The notes under the pieces: model-generated
Seen by the model: only the letters and a program-made list of their open reading frames with translations
The model's database searches: none
Told to the model about the DNA's origin: nothing
Shown here: in pieces, positions 54,349 through 64,000 of the stretch
How the letters are laid out: each line of letters starts with the position of its first letter
Numbering within the stretch: position 1 is the first letter of the stretch
NCBI GenBank assembly: GCA_964016885.1
Contig: OZ024751.1
Location: 15,376,001 to 15,440,000, forward strand
Source: Eledone cirrhosa
Lineage: Eukaryota
Direction of reading: 5' to 3'
DNA: 64,000 bases
Translations under genes and position numbers: made by a program

Positions 54349-54393
54349 GCCTACAATTGTTTCGTCCAAACCGAGGTTTGGAGTCTTCGGAGC
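54349..54393 (-). ncRNA. Minimal hammerhead motif with U4C core variant
   Basis: Minus: GCU CCGAAGA C UCCAAAC CUCG GUUUGGA C GAAAC AAUU GUA GGC uAAUAAA. Confidence 0.7.
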
Positions 54394-55569
54394 AATTTTT
54401 CAATGATTGTTTACATACATGACCTCCTTTCCAACACAAGAGACATACAGAAACATATGTATATATCGATGCACAGTGGGGTGACATCCATTATAATATT
54501 TTAGCATGGCAATTTACATTCAAAAATTAAAACAAAATTAAAGTTAAAATACAACATCGGCAGTTTACGAAATAATGCAAGAGGGAAGTTTGAAGTAGTT
54601 AGTGTATGCAATAGTTACACGTGGGGCATGCACGTGTGTCTTATTTATATAAGATTATAGTACGGCAAGGTGTTATATGCAATACAAGCACTTTAAGCGG
54701 GTAATCAAGAGTATTATGGGGGTTGTATTGGTGAAGTATTTTTTATGTATGATAAAGAAGCTTGTGGGCAGAGAAATATTAAAAATGAGAAGCATAATAA
54801 TGTTATGGTTTTTGTATACACCACCATTTTCACAATCCAGGAGACGTAATATATAGATTATATGTCCTTCATATAATTAACGATGATTCAGTATTGGATG
54901 CTTGATGTATTGGTTAGATTATTACAGCTTGTTCTTTAATCCAATTTTATAGAGCAGGTTGTTTTTGTTGTGAGAATTTACATCGTTTTATTTTCCGGAA
55001 GTATGTGTGATTAAGGGGAGGTAACTAGCTGATTTCTATAACTAAATTTATTATTCCAATGTACATTAAACGGTGTTCCAATTGAGTCCCTTACATATAT
55101 GGTTATAAACAGTTTTTAAATTTAAGTATCCTATCTTTAAATTACAGTCTACTCTATCAAGAAGTACTAATATCCATATTAGGATGATTACCCTCTATCA
55201 TAGAGTGCCACAACTGAAAATTCCATATGAAGAGTCAGATCTCCAAATCAATGATCTTTGTAAATGTAGTCTACCCACAGAACCTGGCAGGGTTTTATTA
55301 TTAGAACCACGTCTATATACAACCCCTGGTAAGCTCTGGGTCAGTGCATGTCTGATTGCACGGCAAAGTTAAATATCTCTAGGGTAGACCAGAGAGCAAT
55401 TCTCACTTACAATGTCATTAATCTGTCTATCAAGTCATACATGTATGTATAACTCGTATACCACTTGTACATAATTCATTGTACTCAACATAAAGGTTAT
55501 ATAGCTCTTTTATGTTAATAAATTAATCTTCAATTTATCCATACATACAACAACATTTGCACAAATAAT

Positions 55570-56565
55570 TCAGTGTTTAAAGTTGAATGTGCATAGTAAT
55601 CTTATTAATAGTATTTGTTCGTCAGTGAAGGGTTTGTATTGGATGACTCTGTTTGGTGGTTGGTATACGTCTGGGTTTTTCCAAGTGAAGTCTGTTTCAG
55701 ATTTCCACCTGTAGACCTATGTGTAAGCTGTTAGATTGTGTCTGTTTGTTTGGTCGTTGAAGAATTCCTCATTAAACTTCTTTTTGGTTTCTTCATCCAT
55801 TTCTCCTGGCAGTGGTACGTGTGTTCGTAGTAGCATGTATGAAGTCTATTTGTTCAGAAAGTGGCCGCTGTTGTATTTATAGGCATTTGTAGCGTCCTTG
55901 ACATCTATTGTTCTTGCGTGTTGCACGTTTTTAACTTGGTGACCATGGAAATCTCTACCCGAATCAGTTACACAATTGACGTCATATCTAAAAGTCTTGT
56001 CTGTACATGTATTTGATGATGCAAGATTATTTAACGTTTGTATGATTTGTGGGTGATTCAGTTGATCGTAATCTACTTCAAGTGTAAGAAAATATTCTAT
56101 TTCGAATTGAAACATGAGACTTTGTTGGCTATTATTGCCGTTAATTTTCATAGGCACGTTTATTAACACCATCTCTGGCGGATCCTCTGACGTGTACAAA
56201 ACATTATTTATGAGTGTTCTGTCTGCCACGGTGTAAATGCCACCAGATGTTTCGTAATCACCAGCTACGATTGTAGATTCTCTAATACATTGATAATTCA
56301 GCCCGTAGTCATTGTGTTCTGCAAGGTTTATATCTTCCATGTATCCATATCTTGTAATTCTTCTATTGTTTTTATAGTCTAACCATTGTCCTCCCATTTC
56401 GAGGTTAGTCCCGAAGAATGGTGCTGAGGCTAGATTTATGCATCCATCCATTTTTACAAGTGATCCCGATCCCTGATGATGATTTTACTTGACTGTAAAA
56501 CTCTTCCTACCTTTCATCTTGTCTAGGGCTGAAAATGATCTTCTCCCCTGAAGTTACTGATAAGC
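55570..56565 (-). pseudogene. Decayed ORF, candidate endogenous parvovirus/densovirus capsid fragment
   Basis: The 201-aa ORF extends in frame both ways through isolated stops (~330 codons); N/T/Y/G/D-rich; motifs LDKMKGRKSFTVK*NHH and PPEMVLINVPMKINGNNSQQSLMFQFEIEYFLTLEV recall jelly-roll strands of small parvoviral VPs (from memory only). Confidence 0.45.
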
Positions 56566-56879
56566 CATTACTTCCGGTTTGTACCCGCATTTGCATAAAC
56601 AAGATTGATTGCACGCCCTTCCCCCCCTTTCCTTTCATTAATTTCATTATTGATTTTTTCACTTCCGTGCATTCCCTGCTTATCAGTTAGTTTTACTTTA
56701 AGATACAATCCTGTTCTATAATGGCTGATTGCACCAATTTTCATAGCTGGCCATTTCTTTCTATTGGCGTTCATTTTTGCTACGGCCTATTTTTGGGGCA
56801 TGGCTTATATTAAATCCATCCTGAAATATAGTGCTACGGCTTATTTTCGGGGGAGGCTTATAATGGTGGAAACACAGTA
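56566..56879 (+). mobile_element. Tigger/pogo-type DNA transposon end
   Basis: Repeated gctacggcttattttcgggg motifs ending ggaaacacagTA. Confidence 0.6.
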
Positions 56880-57129
56880 TATATATATATATACATATAC
56901 ATATACAAGTGGACTGTTGAAGTATACAGACGTGTTTTCATTTCTCTCTCCCAAAGTCAGTAGCAAGCTACACAGCTACAAAGTCTAACTGACCGTATAT
57001 ATATAATATATATATATATATATTTGTAACCATATGTTCACCTACAAACTCATAACCAAAGGCTCACACACTTAAGAAAGAATATACATATATCTAAAAA
57101 CCAAAAAAAAAGCATGACAACTAACCAAC

Positions 57130-58200
57130 AGGTTTACAACAAACGAAATTGGTCTGATAATGAAATCGACCTCTTAATAAGAGCATGGTTTGCGCTCTCC
57201 TAAATAGAAAACATAGATGCTTCGTGTCTGGATGATATTGGCAAAAAAAACAGCGCAAAAGCAAACTAAAACATATCGAGGTCTCTTTCAAACTGATTCA
57301 GATCCATTTTGAAAAACTTTGATATATTTACTTTTCAAATATTGGTCAAGCACAACGACAACAACCAGAAAATCTAGAACAGCAAGAAGAGGAAAGTGCC
57401 ACTCCTAAATTTCAGCATAATAGCTGATTTACTGAATGACAGTATCTCTTCACCACTCTCTCACTCACCACTCTCACAGCAACCACCACAATGACCACCA
57501 TCTGCATCACCACCGCTACCACCATCGTTTTCTACCACCTCAACTACTAATGATAAACCACTGCTTTCTTCCCCAACATCGCCACCTCAATCCTACTGTA
57601 CTATAAAAAAAACCTATCAAAATCTATGAAGCAGAAGCCCCCCCCCCCCCTCCTCACCCCCATCTATGACACAAACAAGAGTCCCCCAAAATATGCCGTT
57701 ATTCACTATGTCAAGGGCTCTGCACATGTAGTGACTGCATCTTCACACATCTATCTACCTGGCACTAGACGCACAATCCATACAAATACTTCCAGCCAAG
57801 GCCAAAGCACGCATCCCACAATAACATGAACATCAACGCCACCAAATAGTAAATTGAATGCTAAAACATGCATAACTCGGAATCCCAAAATCTGCCGGTA
57901 TTCCCAATGCGAGAGACTATGTTTGCTGCGTGACTGTCCCTTCACTCATCTTCCAGGGACCCAATGCATTAACAGAAACAAGGCTCCAAGCCAACACACA
58001 AACCGCAGTAAAAACACATCTGCTGTAGTAATGCTGGTCCAGTCTTTTCACAAAGACACAAAAACAACAAAAACCCTATCCAACAATGCAACTACACCTC
58101 CAGTCAAAAACTGCTCCCTAAGCAGGAAAATTCCTTTTTAGCCATGTTGAACCTGGCAAAAGAGATATAAAAAAAACCTAGCCATCACTCAACACTATCC
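57130..58200 (+). mobile_element. Decayed LINE ORF1-like remnant (Myb/SANT-like start, two CCCH-like fingers)
   Basis: KRNWSDNEIDLLIRAW; PKICRYSLCQGLCTCSDCIFTH and PKICRYSQCERLCLLRDCPFTHLPGT. Confidence 0.5.
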
Positions 58201-58744
58201 TATGCTGTTGTTACTCCAGTGCACCAAATCCCCACATCGTGTATATATCATCATCATTTTATGTCCGCTTTTCCCTGCTTGCAAAGGTGGGACTATTCAG
58301 CACAGCATCTCTCCACTTGTCACGGTCCTTCGTCATCTCCACCGTGAGCTTCTGAGGTCTGCTCTCACCACCTCCGCCCATGTTTTTCGTGGTCTTCCTC
58401 TACTACGTCTTCCTATAGGGAGCTTATAGATCGGACAACACACGCTGCCTTTTCGTGGGGGTAAGTTTTGTATTCTGAAACATCAAAATACAACAAAATT
58501 TTTGCTCACTAGACTCGGGGGAATATCCTGACAGAAGTGGAAGTTACAAATATTTTCATATATTTTCCCATAGCGATTTTTATTTACATTTTACATTTTA
58601 TATAACAGCAGTGGCTGTTAGGGCAAGACATGTTTTCTTGGGCTCTGCTAGAGTCAGCAGCAACACACAACCATGTGTTGCTAGACACAAGGGGAAAGGG
58701 AAAAAAAAAAAAATTATGAGACCAATAGAGATATGTACATTTAT

Positions 58745-59130
58745 ATCTAAATATTGTTATTATCATTTACAGTCCCTCTGTGTTTAATGTAAAAACATGT
58801 TCATTAGTATATGTGTTGTTATTTCTGTTTACATTCTACATACATATATATATCAATGCTTGCGTGGACCTCTCAAAATTCGTTAGATTTTCTAATTGGA
58901 TTTTCACCCCGAAACTGGATACCAACCCTGAGTACATCTAAATATTGTTATTATCATTTACAGATGTCCCTCTGTGTTTAATGTAAAAACATGTTCATTA
59001 GTATATGTGTTGTTATTTCTGTTTACATTCTACATACATATATATATCAATGCTTACGTGGACCTCTCAAAATTCGTTGGATTTTCTAATTGGATTTTTA
59101 CCCCGAAACTGGATACCAACCCTGAGTACA
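58745..59130. repeat. Tandem duplication of ~191 bp
   Basis: Units start at 58745 and 58936, near-identical. Confidence 0.93.
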
Positions 59131-59399
59131 CCTGAACTTCCACCAGGAAATCTTTCATATCATTGAAATTTTCTTTGCTTCTTATATATTATATATACTT
59201 GTCCGCCATTGCAAGGGGCCATAAATTCAAAATTTTGAAGAGAGAGGAAAGGAGACAAGTGAACTATGAACTTGTACATCTCACTGACCTCCGCCACCAC
59301 AATAACAATAACGTCTACACTCGCTCCCCACCATCACCACAGTACTCATTACTCTATCTAAGGTGGCTGACCTGTTCCCTGGTGACATACTGCTGACTC

Positions 59400-59905
59400 T
59401 TTTGATGTATGTATGTGTATATACATATATGTGTGTGTATATGTATATCTCAGTGGATGCGACCAGATTTCAACACAGCAACAACTACAACAACAACAGC
59501 AGCAACACCAACAACGGCAACAACACCATTGTCTGTGTTGAATGTGTGTGTATGTATGTATTTATATGTATGCGACTGCAATAACAGCATCAACACCATT
59601 GTCTGCAGCAACAGCAGCAGTGAAATGAACAACAACAGCAACAACACCATTGTCTGTGTTGAATGTGTGTGTATGTATGTATTTATATATATGCGACTAC
59701 AATAACAGCATCAACACCATTGTCTGCAGCATCAGTGAAATGAAGAACAACAACAGCAGAAGCAGCAGCAACAACAACAACAACAACAGCAGCAGCAGCA
59801 ACTACAATAACAACTACAGCAGCAACAACTGCCACCACCATCACTGACCATCCACCACCACCACACTGACACCATCCACCACCATTCACCACTACTACCG
59901 CCATT
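59400..59905. repeat. (CAA)/(CAG)/(CCA)/(TG) compound repeat with a ~120-bp duplication
   Basis: caacaccattgtctg recurs four times. Confidence 0.88.
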
Positions 59906-60199
59906 ACCAGCGTAAAGCAAACAATTATTATTATTATATACAAGCTGAACTGGGCTGGGAAAGGTCAACAGTAGACATGATTTTGATTTTGTATTTGTAT
60001 CAGTACTGCCGGTAATATATATATATGTGTGTGTGTTTGTGAGTGATGTGTGTGTTTGTATGCATGAATGAGTGTTAGTATGTGTGTGGTTGTGGTTTAT
60101 ATGCATGAGTCTTGGTGTGTGTGTGAGTGTGTGTGTGCGTCGTGTCAATAAGTTTTTTTTTTAATGACCATGCTGTAAAATGGAGGGGTAGAGAGGGCC

Positions 60200-60870
60200 C
60201 TTGAGTCTAGTAAGACATCCTCTCTAGTGCTGGTGGCACAAATAAAAGCACCCAGTCCATGCTGTAAAGTGGCGCTGGTGTTAGGAAGGGCATCCAACCA
60301 GTGTATCAATGCCAAAACGCTTATCAGCACAGCAACAAATAGGAACAACAACAAAATATGAAGACGTCGCATTTCAGAGTTGCAACACTTAATGTTGGCA
60401 CTCTCAGAGGTAGATCTGCTGAAATAGCGGAGATGCTGGAGAGAAGGCAGGTGGATGTGTGCTGCGTGCAAGAGGTGAGATGGAGAGGTGCCTCTGCGAG
60501 ACTAGTCATAGGCAAACGTCTTAGCTATAAGCTATTCTGGGTAGGTAAGGATGATGGGTTACAGGGAGTAGGCATTTTCCTGGCTGAGAAATGGATCAAT
60601 AAGACGATAGAGGTAGTTTGAGTTAGTAATCGAATAATTAAGCTGAGATTAGAGAGAAGCTAGACGTCAGGTGTACTTAGCACGCAGGGAGGCGGAGAGT
60701 AGGAGGTTTGCCAATGTTCTGTGACGGGAAGATCAGAGGTGTGCGGTGTTCCACATTGCAAGGCAGTGTGTCAATGCAAATCAGGATGTTGTTGGAGATA
60801 AATGTGTCCGGGATGATGCCGGTGTACTTAGTGTCACCAATGATCAGAAAAGGGAGGCCTGAAAATGGCT
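60200..60870 (+). mobile_element. Internally deleted RTE LINE 5' part (APE endonuclease start fused to pre-RT linker)
   Basis: FRVATLNVGTLRGRSAEI..VCCVQEVRWRG..GVGIFL then REARRQVYLARREAE..ARQCV..DVVGDKCVRDD. Confidence 0.87.
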
Positions 60871-60879
60871 TTGCTGAGC

Positions 60880-61745
60880 TGTGTCCTCAAAGAGGAAGGA
60901 AAAAGAAAAAAACAAACACTGACCACAAAGCGTCACCAGAGGCGCAGAAGGAACTGAGAACAACAGCAAGTAAGATGGCCGGCACCATAGTCGGGGAAGA
61001 CATGAATGTGGTAAAGATGGTACAAGGAACCACCAGACAAAAAAGGGAATCCAAGCAGAAAGGAACAAGTGGACAACTCCCCAAGGGAAGAACAAAACAA
61101 GATGCCGAGACACTGGGAAAAAGAAAAACCCAGGGTAACCTGCAAGTTCTTCAAAAAGGGTACCTGCTGGCATTGAGAAGCAGGGACAGGCTGCAGGTTT
61201 GTTCATCCCAACCCCCAGGTGAGCTTCGCCTGACTTGCTCATCCAAAATACCCCAACCAAAACCAGTACAAACACTTAACACAGCAGATAGGGCCACTGC
61301 CCTGGCGGTATACTGATGTTGCGTGTGCTGCTCCACCAAAGAGTAGAAGGCAAGCATATACAGACTGCGGCAGCAGAGCAAAGGTCATTTTCTAGAAATG
61401 GCGGAGATGATTGTGGGACAACTGACCTGGCTACAAGTGACACAACAACATCCACTGCTGATACCTCAAATGTCGCACCAACCCTGCTGTTGAATGTTAG
61501 AGGCTTGGTGAAACTCACCAACATGAGTAAAATTCCCTACCTGAAGAACCTAGAGACTAGCCCTACCTGAAAGACCTAGCCAATCCCTGGCAGAATTGCT
61601 TTGTACATCCATTAAGATGTCACACCCATTGTATTGTGATACTGATAGTACATGTAAAGCAACGGAAAATGTTAATGTGTGTCACATATCACCCACCAGA
61701 TGCCGCTAGTCATGAAAGTAAGTTTGAAGATAGCCTCAGAAAGAT
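60880..61745 (+). mobile_element. CR1/L2-group LINE remnant (ORF1 CCCH finger and ORF2 APE start)
   Basis: TCKFFKKGTCWH*EAGTGCRFVHP; LLLNVRGLVKLTNMSKIPYL; IALYIH; TYHPPDA. Confidence 0.65.
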
Positions 61746-61747
61746 AA

Positions 61748-64000
61748 TCATCATCATCATCACCGTTTTACGTCCGTTCTTCCACGCTAGCATGGGTTAG
61801 ACGGGTTGTCCTGTTGTGGGCAGTGTCTGGTCGGCTGACCATGCCTTGCTCATACAGGAACTGTATTGGCTTGATTTCTGCAGCTCGATGCCCTTCCTAA
61901 CACCAACCTCATTTACAGTGAGTGCTGGGTGCTTTTTCGTGGCGCCTACACGTCCACTTTACAGTGTGGGCTGGGTGCTTTTTTGCCGTAGCACCTCCAC
62001 GACCACCTTGCGGTGGGGGCATATTGTCTATATGCTTCAGCTTGTACCCATGGGAGGTCGGGTACTCTGTATTACTGCGTGACGCCAGAAGTCAGGGTCG
62101 TGTGTCAAATCCTTTGAGAGGTGTAATTGGGTAAGGTCGGCTTTTATCACCTCATCTTGGGTCTCCCCACTCCGCGGTTTCCATCAACTTCTAGTGCTCT
62201 GCACCTTTTTATGCAGCTGTCATCCTTCATACGCATCACATGTCCATACCAGCGCAACCGCCTCTCCTGCACACAGCATTTGATTCCTCTTATGCTCAGT
62301 CTCTCTCTCAATTCATTTATGCTTTGTCGTTCACGTATATTACTGTTACACATCCATCGGAGCATGCAGGCTTCGTTTCTCTCTAATCTACGTAAGTCTT
62401 CCACCTTCAGCGCCCAGGTCTCACTACCATGCAACATTGCTGTTCGGATACACGCATCATACAGTCTGCCTTTCATTCTGAGGGAGAAGCCTTTTGCAGC
62501 TAGCAGTGGTAGTAGTTCCCTAAACTTCTTCCATCCCGTTCTTACCCTAGTTATTGTACTTTCTGAACACCCACCCCCGCTGCTAATTCGGTCACCTAGG
62601 TAGCAGAAGCTGTCTACTGTTTCTACAGAGCCCTCCCAGAGATTGGTGGTACTTGTTTCCTGTGGCTGTTTCCTGCTTGCTGTCTCATCACAGCTGCTGC
62701 ATGTGAAGCCTACATTCTTAATTAAGCTTCCTGAGATCCCGCTACATCTCTTGTGTACCCATTGTTTGCATTTGGGGCAGAGAATGGAGTTCCTACCTAC
62801 ACCTTTCCTACATACTGAGCAAGGCCATTTCCCTGAGGGGATCTGGGTTCTGTTTTCTCGTCTACTTACAAGGACCTTAGTTTTTGTCATGTTGACTTTG
62901 AGACCCTTTCTTTCTAGTCCCTGCTTCCAAGTTTGGAATTTATTCTCTAGTTCTACCATAGATTCAGCTATGAGTGCGAGGTCATCAGCATACAGGAGTT
63001 CCCATGGGCATCCGGTCTTAAACTCCTCCGTTATTGCCTGCAGGACTATGATGAACAGGAGGGGGCTAAGAACAGAGCCCTGGTGGACCCCAACCTGTAC
63101 GCTAAATTCTTTGCTATACTCATTGCTAATCCTAACTTTGCTGACTGCTCCCCTATACATGGCTTGTACCGCTTTCACAAGCCATTCATCTACTCCTAGT
63201 TTTCTAAGAGCCCACCAGATTACAGCACGTGGAACTCTGTCAAAGGCTTTCTCAAGGTCAACAAATGCCAAGTAGAGTGGCTTACTTTTAGCTAGGTACT
63301 TTTCCTGTAATTGCCTCTCAAGGAAGAGGGCATCAGTGGTGCCTCTTCCTGGTACAAACCCAAATTGCATCTCGTCTATTTCCACCCGGTCCCTAATCAA
63401 CTGTGCTATAACTCTTTCTGTTACTTTCATGACCTGGTCCATCAACTTTATACCTCTATAGTTTCCTCTATCTAGTGCATCGCCTTTACCTTTGTAGCAG
63501 TTGACAATGATGCTACTGCACCAATCTTTTGGCATGACACCTTCTAGTATTACCTGGTTAACAATACGTGTGGTTATAGTGTGACCTACAGACCCAGATG
63601 CCTTCAGCATCTCGGCAGCTATACCCGATGGACCGGTTGTCTTCCCCATCTTCATATCTTTGATTGCCTTACTTACTACGTTGCTGCTGACTTGTACTGC
63701 TGACCCCTCTATAGGGTCTACTTGGGGTAGGGTCTCTTCTTCCCATGCATTCTCCTCATTTAGTAATCTATCATAATGACTCTTCCATGCATCTTTCTTC
63801 TCAGCACTTGTGAGGGCAAGCTCACCTTTATCATTCCGGATACACTTCCCTCCAATGACATCACAACTATCTCTGACACACTGCCTCACAATCTTGAATA
63901 CCTCCTGTTTCTGGTCCTGACGTTGCAAAACATGCTTGAATTTTCTATCCTCTGCTTCCCTCCTAGCTAAGTATACTTGTCGCCTAGCTTCTCTCTTGGT
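61748..64000 (-). mobile_element. Young RTE LINE, 3' 2.25 kb (continues off the right edge)
   Basis: Open RT frame plus 3' UTR ending in (gat)n. Confidence 0.95.
62147..64000 (-). CDS. RTE reverse transcriptase with inserted PHD-like zinc finger (partial)
   Basis: NYRGIKL, QFGFVPGRGTTDA, FVDLEKAFDRVP, GVHQGSVLSPLLF, LLYADDLAL, CSVC..CPKCKQWVHKRC..CSSC; frame open from 64000. Confidence 0.95.
   Translation of the reverse strand, partial: TKREARRQVYLARREAEDRKFKHVLQRQDQKQEVFKIVRQCVRDSCDVIGGKCIRNDKGELALTSAEKKDAWKSHYDRLLNEENAWEEETLPQVDPIEGSAVQVSSNVVSKAIKDMKMGKTTGPSGIAAEMLKASGSVGHTITTRIVNQVILEGVMPKDWCSSIIVNCYKGKGDALDRGNYRGIKLMDQVMKVTERVIAQLIRDRVEIDEMQFGFVPGRGTTDALFLERQLQEKYLAKSKPLYLAFVDLEKAFDRVPRAVIWWALRKLGVDEWLVKAVQAMYRGAVSKVRISNEYSKEFSVQVGVHQGSVLSPLLFIIVLQAITEEFKTGCPWELLYADDLALIAESMVELENKFQTWKQGLERKGLKVNMTKTKVLVSRRENRTQIPSGKWPCSVCRKGVGRNSILCPKCKQWVHKRCSGISGSLIKNVGFTCSSCDETASRKQPQETSTTNLWEGSVETVDSFCYLGDRISSGGGCSESTITRVRTGWKKFRELLPLLAAKGFSLRMKGRLYDACIRTAMLHGSETWALKVEDLRRLERNEACMLRWMCNSNIRERQSINELRERLSIRGIKCCVQERRLRWYGHVMRMKDDSCIKRCRALEVDGNRGVGRPKMR

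Noticed and set aside
59409-60148. Poly-N/S/V/C ORFs
   Set aside because: Trinucleotide repeat translations
60708-61316. 202-aa ORF as a host gene
   Set aside because: Off-frame read across the junction of two LINE remnants

Overview
AT-rich, repeat-dense animal genomic DNA, most likely an octopod cephalopod (inferred from the (TA)n load, the tRNA-derived SINEs with RTE tails and the RTE LINE; not database-checked). Three host genes are readable: the first coding exon of UAP1 (minus, 2152-2422, absent from the ORF track), an intronless LYAR (minus, 34066-35199) and a complete five-coding-exon METTL6 (plus, 37487-49552) head-to-head with LYAR. The rest is mobile DNA: two SINE families, RTE and CR1/L2-type LINEs, two Penelope-like elements (PLEs), a decayed piggyBac transposase with TTAA MITEs, hAT/mariner MITEs, Helitron-like elements and minisatellites. 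The main hidden signal is a set of short, mutually unalignable inserts, mostly beside (TA)n tracts. They share an architecture rather than a sequence: an optional inverted copy, a minimal type I hammerhead ribozyme with a mostly palindromic stem III, an AATAAA-like signal, a short tail, then (TA)n. I folded six motifs with an intact CUGAnGA...GAAA...UH core by eye and found several mutated or half copies; four intact ones lie just upstream of the UAP1 exon on the gene's sense strand. A second candidate is a ~330-codon decayed ORF (55.6-56.6 kb) resembling a parvovirus/densovirus capsid. Everything was read by eye, and repeat boundaries are approximate.
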